Shown here: one piece after another, positions 53,384-62,819 of the stretch
Layout: every line of letters starts with the position of its first letter
Numbering within the stretch: the first letter of the stretch is position 1
DNA from: an uncultured Solirubrobacterales bacterium
GTDB taxonomy: Bacteria; Actinomycetota; Thermoleophilia; Solirubrobacterales; Solirubrobacteraceae
Length of the DNA stretch: 64,000 nucleotides
Reading direction: 5' to 3'
Assembly (NCBI GenBank): GCA_963847055.1
Contig: CAWJYE010000008.1
Coordinates: 298,947-362,946, forward strand
Program-made: the position numbers and the translations under genes
The notes under the pieces: generated by a model
What the model was told of the DNA's origin: nothing
Databases searched by the model: none
Seen by the model: the letters and a program-made list of their open reading frames with translations, nothing else

Positions 53384-54940
53384 TCAGCGAGAACCGGTCG
53401 CGTAGCGGATGATCGAGAGGTCGGTCAGCCACTCCACGGGGGAGACATCGTCGGTGTAGACCGTCCCGCCCGACAGCGCCGGGCGCAGGCGGGCGCTGAC
53501 TGCGGCGAGCAGCGAGCGCAGGCCGACGGGGACCCCTGCGTGCGCGGCCAGCATCCGGGCGCTCGAGAGGGGACGCCGTCTGGCCAGCACGAGTGAGTTG
53601 TCGGGACTGAAGCGATCGCGGACTACGACCGGAAAGGCCGCGTGCAGCGTGGCCGAGACGACCTTCTCCAGCGCATCGGAACCCGGCAGGTGCCCGACGT
53701 TGATAATCAGCACCCCGCCCGGATTCAGGTGCGTGCGAACCACGGAGAAGAACTCGCGCGTGAGGAGATAGAACGGGATGTAGGGCTGGCGGTAGGCATC
53801 GAGGAAGATCGCGTCGTAGCGGACGCGGCTGGCCTGTAGCCAGGGCCGGGCGTCGGCGGTGTAGAGATGCAGGCGCGGGCCGCTGAGATGAAAGAGACGG
53901 CGCCCGAGCTTCGAGAGCTCACCATCGAGCTCGACCGCGTCGACCCGCGTCCACGGGAAGTAGTGCCCGTAGGCGCGGGCGATGGTCCCGGCGGCATCCC
54001 CGAGGATGGCGATTCGCCGCGGGGGGGCCACGCCGCCCGCCCCGGGCAAGACCAGGAAGTCGTCCCAGTAGCCGCCGGTGAGAAAGCTCCCCGGCTGATA
54101 GAGGGAGTGGATCGCCACTCCTTCGTTGAGCTGAAGCCAGCGCACGCCGCTTGGAAACTGGACCACCCGGGCGTACTGGTATGCGGTCTCGGTCTCATAG
54201 ATGACGCGTCCGCCATTGACATCGGCGCCGATCGCCGCCGGCGGTATGGCCAGCGCCCCCGCCAGCGCCAGCGGCACGAGCAGATAGCGGCGCGCGCCCA
54301 GGCCGACCGCGGCCACCAGCGCGAGGGCGAGCGCAAAGACAAGGAAGGTCCGGTGGGTGCCGATCAGGGGGATCAGCAGCAACGCCGCCAGGAACGTCCC
54401 GGCGAGCGAACCGACAGTCGAAATCGCGTACAGGCCGCCCGTCGTGCGCCCGGTATCGGCCAGGCTGGCCACGCTCAAGCGGTTGGCGTAGGGCGCCACC
54501 GTACCCAGCAGCATCACCGGCACGGCCACCAGCACGAGCACCGCCGCCAGCGAACCCAGGAAGGCCCCGACCGAAAGCGAGCCCAGCGCGGCGACCGAGA
54601 GGCGCAAGAACGGTCCCGAGACGAAGGGAACGATGGCGAGCAGGACGCCCGCCAGCAGCACGACCGCGCACAGCCCGCCCAGGGTGGGACGACGATCGGC
54701 GATCCGGCCGCCGATCGCGTAGCCGGCCGAGAGGGCGATCAGCACGGTGGCAATCGTGTTGGCCCAGATGATCGTCGACGCCCCAAAGTAGGGCGCGAGC
54801 AGGCGGGCGGCCGAGATCTCCGCGCCCAGACTGGATGCCCCCACGGTGAACACGACCGCCCGTAGGAGCAGCGGACGGTGTCGGGGTGGCACGGCGCGGG
54901 GCGCAGGAGTGGTGGCGGCGACCTCGCCGGCCGGGAGCAT
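53384..54940 (-). CDS. Fused MFS-like membrane domain / spermidine-synthase-like methyltransferase
   Basis: EISAARLLAPYFG, TM region, ETAYQY, LGDAAGT, VELD, DARPWL, FLDAY, VYTDD. Confidence 0.85.
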   Translation of the reverse strand: MLPAGEVAATTPAPRAVPPRHRPLLLRAVVFTVGASSLGAEISAARLLAPYFGASTIIWANTIATVLIALSAGYAIGGRIADRRPTLGGLCAVVLLAGVLLAIVPFVSGPFLRLSVAALGSLSVGAFLGSLAAVLVLVAVPVMLLGTVAPYANRLSVASLADTGRTTGGLYAISTVGSLAGTFLAALLLIPLIGTHRTFLVFALALALVAAVGLGARRYLLVPLALAGALAIPPAAIGADVNGGRVIYETETAYQYARVVQFPSGVRWLQLNEGVAIHSLYQPGSFLTGGYWDDFLVLPGAGGVAPPRRIAILGDAAGTIARAYGHYFPWTRVDAVELDGELSKLGRRLFHLSGPRLHLYTADARPWLQASRVRYDAIFLDAYRQPYIPFYLLTREFFSVVRTHLNPGGVLIINVGHLPGSDALEKVVSATLHAAFPVVVRDRFSPDNSLVLARRRPLSSARMLAAHAGVPVGLRSLLAAVSARLRPALSGGTVYTDDVSPVEWLTDLSIIRYATGSR

Positions 54941-54946
54941 CGAAGC

Positions 54947-54956
54947 AGATTAGGCT
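54947..54956. promoter_or_regulatory. Overlapping back-to-back -10 elements
   Basis: AGATTAGGCT contains TAATCT on minus (6 nt before ATG 54940) and TAGGCT on plus (11 nt before ATG 54968). Confidence 0.5.
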
Positions 54957-54967
54957 CTCGGCCCACG

Positions 54968-55291
54968 ATGCTGCTCTACAACAACGCCCTGTCGGGCAAC
55001 TGCTACAAGGTTCGCCTGCTGCTCGCTCACCTCGGGCTCGAGTACCAACGCCGTGAGCTGGACGTGTTTGACCGCTCCAATCGGCCCGACGTGCTAGGCG
55101 ACCGGAACCCGGCGCTGCGGGTCCCGACGCTTGTTTTCGACGACGGTCGCGCCCTGGCCGAGTCCGGCGCCATCCTGTGGCACCTCGCCGAGGGCAGTGA
55201 GTACCTCCCCGAGGACAGCTTCGAGCGCGCCCAAGCCCTGCAGTGGATGTTCTTCGAGCAATTCCCCGGACCTAGGCGGCGAGCCCGATAA
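54968..55291 (+). pseudogene. Glutathione S-transferase family, C-terminally truncated
   Basis: SGNCYKVRL, NPALRVPTL, LAESGAILWHL, QWMFFEQ, then similarity stops (FPGPRRRAR*). The all-helical C-domain is absent and I found no continuation before 55365. Confidence 0.75.
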
Positions 55292-55364
55292 CCCCGCGGT
55301 GCCCACCTGGGGTGGCGGCAGCTCGCCGAGCTCCGAGCTCGTCCCCGGGTAAGCTGGCCGAGTC

Positions 55365-56579
55365 ATGCGTGAGGCGCTGATCTGCGAGCCGCTCCGCACT
55401 CCGGTCGGCCGCTTCGGCGGCGTGTTTCGTGACGTGCCGGTGACCGACCTGGCGGTGACGGTCATCAAGGCGGTCATCGAGCGGACCGGGCTGCCCGTGA
55501 AGCAAGTTGACGACGTCCTGCTCGGTCAGGCCTACGCCAACGGCGAAGCCCCGGCACTGGGCCGGATCGCCGCCCTGGATGCGGGGCTGCCGGTCGAGGT
55601 CCCGGGGCTGCAGATCGACCGCCGCTGTGGATCGGGGCTGCAGGCCGTGATCGAGGCCGGCATGCAGGTCCAGACCGGGGCCGCCGACCTCGTTCTGGCC
55701 GGAGGTGCCGAGAGCATGAGCCAGACCGAGCTCTACTCGACGGCGCTACGCTGGGGCGCGCGTTCGGGCGGTGCCATGCTCGAGGACCGCCTCGTCCGGG
55801 GGCGGGTGACGGCGGGGGGCGCGAACTACCCCGTGCCTGGAGGCATGATCGAAACGGCAGAAAACCTGCGGCGGGAGTATTCGATCCCGCGCCAGGAGCA
55901 GGACGAGCTCGCCCTGCGCTCCCACCGGCGCGCGGTGGAGGCCCAGAGTCGCGGGGACTTCGCCCAGGAGATCGTGCCCGTCGAGGTCAGAGATCGCAAG
56001 AACGCAACCCGGACCGTTGAGCACGACGAGCACCCCCGGGCCGATGCCACGCTCGAGGGCCTGGGCGCCCTGCGGCCGGTCATGAGCCGCAAGGACCCCG
56101 AGGCAACCGTCACCGCCGGCAATGCCAGCGGCCAGAACGACGGCGCGGCCGTGTGCGTGGTAACCCACGCGGGGCGGGCGGCTGAGCTCGGCCTGCGACC
56201 CCTGGCCCGGCTGGTCGGCTGGGCGGTGGCGGGTGTGGCTCCCAAGACGATGGGGATCGGCCCGGTCCCAGCCACGGCGAAGCTGCTTGGCCGCACCGGA
56301 CTGACGCTGGCCGACATGGACCTGATCGAGCTCAACGAGGCGTTCGCCGCGCAGGCGCTCGCCGTCCTGCGCGAATGGGATCTCCCCGACGGCCTGAAGC
56401 GCGTCAACGTCAACGGCTCGGGAATCTCGCTCGGCCACCCGATCGGCGCCACTGGCGGTCGGATCCTGGCCACCCTGCTGCGTGAGCTCAATCGTCGCGA
56501 GGGCCGCTATGGCCTGGAGACGATGTGCATCGGCGGCGGTCAGGGCCTGGCGGCGATCTTCGAACGCGTGCCTGCGTGA
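55365..56579 (+). CDS. Acetyl-CoA C-acyltransferase (thiolase)
   Basis: RRCGSGLQA, GGAESMS, VTAGNASGQNDGAA, ELNEAFA, GHPIGATG, MCIGGGQG. Confidence 0.96.
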   Translation: MREALICEPLRTPVGRFGGVFRDVPVTDLAVTVIKAVIERTGLPVKQVDDVLLGQAYANGEAPALGRIAALDAGLPVEVPGLQIDRRCGSGLQAVIEAGMQVQTGAADLVLAGGAESMSQTELYSTALRWGARSGGAMLEDRLVRGRVTAGGANYPVPGGMIETAENLRREYSIPRQEQDELALRSHRRAVEAQSRGDFAQEIVPVEVRDRKNATRTVEHDEHPRADATLEGLGALRPVMSRKDPEATVTAGNASGQNDGAAVCVVTHAGRAAELGLRPLARLVGWAVAGVAPKTMGIGPVPATAKLLGRTGLTLADMDLIELNEAFAAQALAVLREWDLPDGLKRVNVNGSGISLGHPIGATGGRILATLLRELNRREGRYGLETMCIGGGQGLAAIFERVPA

Positions 56580-57817
56580 GCACGGGCCCAGGAGCGCCTG
56601 GCAACGCAGGGCATCTCGACGCCGACCGCGACGGCGCGACGCTGCGCGAAGTGATCGAGGCGCTGGCGCCGATCGAGCGTCGCGCCGGTGCGCCGGGCGA
56701 GCGCCAAGCAGCCGAGTGGATCGCGCAGCGCCTGGCTGACGCCGGGTGCCGGGCGGCGATCGAGGAGGAGCAGTTCCTGGACGGCTACGCCCGCGTGATC
56801 GGACGCCTGGCCGCGGCCAGCACCGCGGCGGGCGCGAGCGCCCTGGTGAGCCGGCGCGCGCGACGACTGGCCAGCGCCGCGGCCACCGCGGTGACGCTCG
56901 CCGTCGCCGATGACATCTCCAACGGCCCCCGGGTGTTCCGGCGGGCCACCTCGCCCCGCAAGACGACCTGGAACGTGGTCGGGTGCTGCGGCGACGAGCG
57001 CGCGCAGCGCACCCTGGTCCTGCTCGCCCACCATGACGCGGCACCGACCGGGAAGATCTTCGACGATCGCTTGCAGACCTGGTTCGGAGAGCGGTTTCCC
57101 GGAATCCTGGAACGGATCGACACCTCGCTGCCGCTGTGGTGGACGATGCTCGCTGCCCCGGCGCTGGTCGCGGTGGGCGCCGCGCGCGGGCGGCGGGGAA
57201 TGCTCGGCGCCGGTCTCGCCACCTCGGCGCTCAGCGTGGCCGCCCTCGAGGACATCGCGCGCAGCCCGATCGTCCCGGGCGCCAGCGACAACCTGACCGC
57301 GGTGGCGATTCTGGTCGCGATCGCCGAGCGGCTGCGGAGCAATCCGATCCCAGGCCTGCGTGTGATGCTGGCCTCGTGCGGCGCCGAAGAGGTCGTCCAG
57401 GGTGGGATCTACGGTTTTGCCCGCCGCCACTTCCCCGAGCTCGACCGTGAGCGAACCTGGTTTCTGAACTTGGAGACGCTCGGCTCTCCGAAGCTGATCC
57501 TGCTCGAGGGCGAAGGGCCGGTGGTGATGGAGGATTACCACGACCGTGACTTCCGCGACCTGATCGGCCGGGTAGCGCAGCGCGCCGACGTACCGTTGCG
57601 GCGCGGGATGCGGGCGCGCAACTCAACCGACGCCGTACTCCCCAGCCGTGCTGGCTACCCGACCGCGACCCTGGCCTCGATGACCCGTTACAAGACCCTC
57701 GCCCACTACCACCAGATGTCTGACACGCCCGAGAACGTCGACTACCGCACCGTCGTCCAGGCGCTGGTCGTTACTGAGGCGGTCGCGTGGGAGCTCGCCA
57801 CCAGTCCCTGGCTCTGA
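56576..57817 (+). CDS. M28-family Zn peptidase with membrane insertions
   Basis: AHHDA, GASDN, GAEE, NLETLG, YHQMSDT. GTG overlaps the thiolase stop. Confidence 0.8.
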   Translation: MSTGPGAPGNAGHLDADRDGATLREVIEALAPIERRAGAPGERQAAEWIAQRLADAGCRAAIEEEQFLDGYARVIGRLAAASTAAGASALVSRRARRLASAAATAVTLAVADDISNGPRVFRRATSPRKTTWNVVGCCGDERAQRTLVLLAHHDAAPTGKIFDDRLQTWFGERFPGILERIDTSLPLWWTMLAAPALVAVGAARGRRGMLGAGLATSALSVAALEDIARSPIVPGASDNLTAVAILVAIAERLRSNPIPGLRVMLASCGAEEVVQGGIYGFARRHFPELDRERTWFLNLETLGSPKLILLEGEGPVVMEDYHDRDFRDLIGRVAQRADVPLRRGMRARNSTDAVLPSRAGYPTATLASMTRYKTLAHYHQMSDTPENVDYRTVVQALVVTEAVAWELATSPWL

Positions 57818-57880
57818 GCTCCCGCCGCGGCCGGCGCGCCTAACCCGCGCGCCGGCGCGCTGCCCGCGTCCGGGACCGGC

Positions 57881-60499
57881 TCAGCCCACCCTCGAGCCTG
57901 CCCCGCGAACGTACGCCTGGCGAGGCACCGGCATCCGCGCCCGGCGCCCGCGCACCGACTCCCAGATGGCTCGGTTCAGCGCTGACTGCGGAGCGGAGTC
58001 CTGTTGATTGAAGTTCCAGTGCGCCGACTGCTTGGCCATCGGCGAGCTGGCAGTGTTGACCGGCGAGCCTGGGTCGCCGAACGGGGTGACCGTCGGTTTC
58101 AGGGCCTCGTAGGGCGCGAACCTCGGATGCTCGGTGAACGATCCCCACAGCTTCGCGGCGCGGGCATCGAAGATGCTCATCGGCGGCAATCCGAGGACCC
58201 CCTCGATCGTCGCCACCATCGACGCGGTGTCGTAGTGCGTGGAGTCGACGCGCCCAGTCTGGGTGTAGGGGCTGATCGCCAGCGCCTCCGTGCGGTGGGC
58301 ATCCACGTGATCGGGACCGTCCTGGGCATCGTCTTCGGTGACCACGATCAGCGTGTTCTTCCAGTAGCGGCTGTGGGACACGACCTGGACCATGCGTCCG
58401 AGCGCGGCGTCGTTGTCGGCCACCGTCGCCACGGGGGTCGGCGCGCCCGGCCCGGTGCCGGCGGTGTGGTCGTTGGGCAAGCGCACGATCGACAGCGACG
58501 GCAGGTTGCCGTTTTGCGCGAAGGCCCGGAACTCGCGTTCCCACTCGGGCTCGCGCTGGGTGTGATCGGAGCACTTCATGTTGAACCCCGGATAGGAACC
58601 GTCCACGTGGTCGCCGAAGCGCGGGTCGAGGTGAGTCGTGGTCGACGTGTTGCCAGTGCCAGTGCAGAAGCCGGGCACCGGCGTCGACTCCCCGTAGACA
58701 CGGAAGCTGACGCCGTGCGCGTAGGCGTTGTCCCACAGGTAGCCGACGGTCTGGGCCGCCGGTCCGCGGGGCACGGTCGGATCCGAGGCCAGTGGCTCGG
58801 ACGCGAACAGCTCCGACGGCGGGGTCAGCTCGAAGTCGTAGCTGCGCTGGCCTGACCGCGGCGATGGCGAGTAGTTGATCGGCCAGCCCGCCTGGACGTA
58901 GTCAGGCGCGTTGGCCTGATCGGTCCAGTTGTGGCCGTCGGCCGACACCTCGGCATTGGCGTAGAAGTTGTCCAGCGTCGTGAAGCGCCGCGCCAGGGCG
59001 CGCGTGTTGGGGGCCGAGTTGTCGCCGAACAGGTTCAGGGCCGGATCGCCGTTGCCCTTTCCGAGGCTGCCGAAGATCTGGTCATACGTCCGGTTCTCCT
59101 TGATGATGTAGATCACGTGCTTGATCTGTTGCGCCCCGGCCGGCTTGGGGACCGCGCGGGCGTACACCTGGTTGTTGGCGAACACGCGACGGGTGAGGTG
59201 CTGGAGCTTTTCGCGCGTGGGCACCTTGGTGACCTGGACCGTGGCCTTGATCATCGAGCCGGTGTACTGGGGGTCAGAAGCCCCGTCCTTGCCCTTGGGG
59301 ACCTGATCGCGCGCCGGATCCAGGGGTGGGCAGGCAGGCGTGCCCTGCAGGGGTGACAGCGGCCCGCACCGGTTGGCTCCCGCGCCGGCGCCGCGATCGT
59401 TGACCACCGCGAGGTGCCTGCCGTCCGGGGTGATCGAGACCGAGGTCGGATACCAGCCGGCGGGGATGAAGCCCTCGACGCGGCGCTCGTTGAGGTCGAC
59501 AACAGCCACCGCGTTCTCGCCCGCCTCTGCCACGTACAGAGTCTTGCCATCGGGGCTGACCGCGAGCCCGTCGGGCATCGCTCCCTTGGGGCCGTGCACG
59601 AGCGAAACGTCAATCGTGGCCGCAAGCGTGTCGGTCTTGGTGTCGATCACCGAAACCGTGTCACTGTTGGCGTTGGCGGTGTACATCTCGTCGCGCTTAG
59701 GGTTGGCGGCGATCGCGCCGGGATGGTCGGCCTGGAGGGGATTGGTGAGCGGCGACAGCGTGATGTCTGTCGTCTTGTGCTGGGTGGCGGTATCGATCAC
59801 CGACACCGAGCGCCCCATCCAATCGGTGACGTACGCCTTGTCACCCTGGCGGTCGAAGGCCACGCCGAGCGGATACAGCGCCGGGCCAAGGTCGACCGGC
59901 GGCCCGGTGACCTGGTTGGTCGCGGGGTCGATCACGGTGACCTGGTGCCCAGGAGGATTGAGGTTGTTGGCGGCCGGCGCGGCCAGGTTGTTGGCCACGT
60001 ACAGGCGGTCGCCGAGCGGCGTGTGGCCGTAGGCCAGCCCGGCCGGGAAGTTGGGAACCGGGATGTCGGCGGTCGGCTGCAGGTGCCCTGCGACCACGTT
60101 GTAGGTATGAACAACGTTCTGGCCGCCACCCGCCACCCACGCCCGGGTCCCGTTGGGGGAGAAGACGACGCCGTAGAAGGTCGCCTGGCCCTGATAGCCA
60201 TCGTAAGGGACGTAGTCGCCGCGCTGGCGCGAGGACAGATCGAACAGATCGGCTGACTGAATCCGCGCCGCGCCGCTGGAGGCGGCGAGAAGCTGGCTGC
60301 CGTCGGGGGACAGGGCCGCGCCGAGCGGACCGACGAACCCGGGGTCGGTCTGCGAGACGCCGAACTCGTGGCCGGCGGGATCGATCGTCCACCCGGTGGG
60401 AATCAGCGGACTCGAGTGACTGGACTCCGCCAGCGCCGAGCCGGGGGCGAGAAATAGAGCAAAAGCGCAGCACAAAGCCACGGCGAAAACGCGACGCAT
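57881..60499 (-). CDS. Secreted YncE-like beta-propeller / alkaline-phosphatase-superfamily phosphoesterase
   Basis: Signal peptide, repeated SVSVID/PDGK.LYV blades, IIKENRTYD, DNFY..AEVSADGH, LPNDHT, EDDAQDGPDHVDAHR. Confidence 0.88.
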   Translation of the reverse strand: MRRVFAVALCCAFALFLAPGSALAESSHSSPLIPTGWTIDPAGHEFGVSQTDPGFVGPLGAALSPDGSQLLAASSGAARIQSADLFDLSSRQRGDYVPYDGYQGQATFYGVVFSPNGTRAWVAGGGQNVVHTYNVVAGHLQPTADIPVPNFPAGLAYGHTPLGDRLYVANNLAAPAANNLNPPGHQVTVIDPATNQVTGPPVDLGPALYPLGVAFDRQGDKAYVTDWMGRSVSVIDTATQHKTTDITLSPLTNPLQADHPGAIAANPKRDEMYTANANSDTVSVIDTKTDTLAATIDVSLVHGPKGAMPDGLAVSPDGKTLYVAEAGENAVAVVDLNERRVEGFIPAGWYPTSVSITPDGRHLAVVNDRGAGAGANRCGPLSPLQGTPACPPLDPARDQVPKGKDGASDPQYTGSMIKATVQVTKVPTREKLQHLTRRVFANNQVYARAVPKPAGAQQIKHVIYIIKENRTYDQIFGSLGKGNGDPALNLFGDNSAPNTRALARRFTTLDNFYANAEVSADGHNWTDQANAPDYVQAGWPINYSPSPRSGQRSYDFELTPPSELFASEPLASDPTVPRGPAAQTVGYLWDNAYAHGVSFRVYGESTPVPGFCTGTGNTSTTTHLDPRFGDHVDGSYPGFNMKCSDHTQREPEWEREFRAFAQNGNLPSLSIVRLPNDHTAGTGPGAPTPVATVADNDAALGRMVQVVSHSRYWKNTLIVVTEDDAQDGPDHVDAHRTEALAISPYTQTGRVDSTHYDTASMVATIEGVLGLPPMSIFDARAAKLWGSFTEHPRFAPYEALKPTVTPFGDPGSPVNTASSPMAKQSAHWNFNQQDSAPQSALNRAIWESVRGRRARMPVPRQAYVRGAGSRVG

Positions 60500-60618
60500 C
60501 GGCAACCTCCCTGCCTGGAACGTGGACCCAGACCGAAATCTAAGAACCGCGCCGTCCGGAGCGTGTTACCGGCTTGTGGGTCAATTGCGAACTTCTCGTG
60601 ACCGCGTGCGCGGACGGC

Positions 60619-61116
60619 TCAGGACTCGCTTTGCAGCTGACCGGCCAGGGCCAGCCGCTGACCCCACGCAAAGACGTTCTTCTCGGTGTGGAGGTGCATG
60701 AATGTCTCGGTGTCACGAACGTCGGCGTCGGAGCGGATCGTGTCGCTGATGATTGCCACCAAATCGGCTTCGCTTCGACAGACGATCTCCACCAGGAGGT
60801 CAAACGACCCGGCGGTGATCACGACCCATTCGATCGCTTCCTCCCGGGCCAGGCGAGCGGCGACGAGGCGAGGATCGCCGCTGACACGGACGCCCACGGT
60901 AGCCACCACGGCTCGGCCCAAGCGCAGGGGATCACTAATCGCGACGATCCGCATGAGGCCGGACTCGCGCAGCCGGTTGACGCGTTGGCGAGCGGCGGCT
61001 TCCGACAGGCCGACGGCTCGACCGAGCTCGCCGTAGGAGCGTCGGCCATCGGCTTCCAGGAGGGCGATGATCGTTTCATCGACGGCGTCGATCGAGGCCG
61101 GCTGTTTAGACGACAT
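60619..61116 (-). CDS. Lrp/AsnC-family regulator
   Basis: DGRRSYGELGRAVGLSEAAARQRV, ITAGSFDLL. GGAGG RBS. Confidence 0.93.
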   Translation of the reverse strand: MSSKQPASIDAVDETIIALLEADGRRSYGELGRAVGLSEAAARQRVNRLRESGLMRIVAISDPLRLGRAVVATVGVRVSGDPRLVAARLAREEAIEWVVITAGSFDLLVEIVCRSEADLVAIISDTIRSDADVRDTETFMHLHTEKNVFAWGQRLALAGQLQSES

Positions 61117-61213
61117 CTGCACCTCCCGAAACCAGCTCTACGATTTTAGTTGCATTCATGATGTTATGCCACTAATCTAGTCGATACCATGTACTCGAGC
61201 AAAGGATAGCTTC

Positions 61214-62791
61214 ATGGAAGCAACCCGTGCCACGCTCCCCGCCCAGGCCCCGCCGCCCGCGCCGGCCACCCGCCCCGGCAAAGGACTGAAGTCGGGAGCG
61301 ATCGGCGCCGTATCCAACGTCGTCATCGGCGTGTCGTCCACCGCGCCGGCCTACAGTCTCGCTGCGACGCTGGGGGCGATCGTGGCGATCAAGGGCATCG
61401 GGCTGTTCGCCCCCGCTGTGCTGGTCGTGTCGTTCCTGCCGATGCTGTGCATAGCACTCGGTTACTACTACATGAACCGGGCCGACCCGGACTGCGGGAC
61501 GACGTTCGCCTGGGTGACGCGGGCGATGGGGCCCCGCTTGGGCTGGCTCAACGGATGGGTGATCGTGGCGGCCGACATCGTGGTCATGGCAAGCCTGTCT
61601 CAGATCGCGGGGACTTACACGTTTCTGCTCTTTGGCGCCGATTCCCTCGCCAGTTCGACGCTCGCCGTCACCGCCGTCGGCGTGGTGTGGATTTTCGGGA
61701 TGGTGGCCATATGCCTGCTCGGGGTCGAGCTGAACGCCAAGACCCAGGCGATTGCGCTCGGTGCCGAGGTGACCATCCTGGCCGTGTTTGCCGTCGTGGC
61801 GTTCGTCAAGGGGGCCACCACGTCGCCGCCTGGCTACGTCGCGCCGGCGCTCGCCTGGATCGACCCCTTTCACATCCCCACCTTCAGCGCCCTGATCAAC
61901 GGGGTCCTGCTCGGCCTGTTCATCTACTGGGGCTGGGACGCCGGCGTGGCGGTAAACGAGGAGTCACACGACTCGGCCTCGGGACCCGGCCGCTCAGCGG
62001 TGATCAGCACGCTGCTGCTGGTGGCCGTGTTCGTGGTCGTCTCCTTCGCGGCCCAGTCCTACTCCGGCCCGCAGTTCCTGGTCAGTCACTCACGCGACGT
62101 CCTCAGCGCTCTCGGGGCCCGGACGTTCGGCTCGGGCTGGGACAAACTGCTGATCCTCGCCGTGCTCACGTCGGCGGCGGCGTCCACACAGACGACAATC
62201 CTGCCGACCGCTCGCACCACCCTGTCGATGGCTCGGTGGGGTGCGATACCGGAGGCGTTCGGCAAGGTCCATCCGCGCTTTCAGACGCCGTGGGTGTCGA
62301 CGATCAGCTTCGGGATCGTCTCGATTGCCTGGTTTGTGGGCCTCGAGGCGTTGAGCAAGAACGTCCTCGTGGATTCGGTCACGGGGCTGGGGTTCCTGAT
62401 TGCCTTCTACTACGGCTTCACCGGGCTGGCGTGCACGATCTACTACCGGCGCACGCTGCTGCGCAGCGTCAAGAACTTCTGGTTCGCCGGCGTCATGCCG
62501 CTGCTCGGATTCCTGGCCCTGGGGTTTGTGTTCGTGCGCGCGTATCTCAACTACAGCCAGAGCGGCGCGGGCGCGTCGCCGCCGCTCTTGGGCGTCGAGA
62601 TTCCGATCGTGATCGGAATTGGGTCCGTGCTGCTCGGGCTCGTGCTGATGATCCCATCCGCCGCCGCCTACCGCGGTGGGTACTTCCGGCGCCGCCCCGA
62701 GGTCGCGGCGCCCAACGCCCTGGAGCTCGCCCCCGACCACCAGCCCCACCTGTCCAAGGACCCCCATCCCAACCACACCCGCCATCGGTGA
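61214..62791 (+). CDS. APC-family amino acid/polyamine permease
   Basis: STAPAYS, PDCGTTFAWV, FIYWGWD, NEES, ARWGAIP..FGKVHPRFQTP, about 12 TMs. Confidence 0.92.
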   Translation: MEATRATLPAQAPPPAPATRPGKGLKSGAIGAVSNVVIGVSSTAPAYSLAATLGAIVAIKGIGLFAPAVLVVSFLPMLCIALGYYYMNRADPDCGTTFAWVTRAMGPRLGWLNGWVIVAADIVVMASLSQIAGTYTFLLFGADSLASSTLAVTAVGVVWIFGMVAICLLGVELNAKTQAIALGAEVTILAVFAVVAFVKGATTSPPGYVAPALAWIDPFHIPTFSALINGVLLGLFIYWGWDAGVAVNEESHDSASGPGRSAVISTLLLVAVFVVVSFAAQSYSGPQFLVSHSRDVLSALGARTFGSGWDKLLILAVLTSAAASTQTTILPTARTTLSMARWGAIPEAFGKVHPRFQTPWVSTISFGIVSIAWFVGLEALSKNVLVDSVTGLGFLIAFYYGFTGLACTIYYRRTLLRSVKNFWFAGVMPLLGFLALGFVFVRAYLNYSQSGAGASPPLLGVEIPIVIGIGSVLLGLVLMIPSAAAYRGGYFRRRPEVAAPNALELAPDHQPHLSKDPHPNHTRHR

Positions 62792-62819
62792 CCGCACCGA
62801 GAACTGCTCGGAGGAGCCC

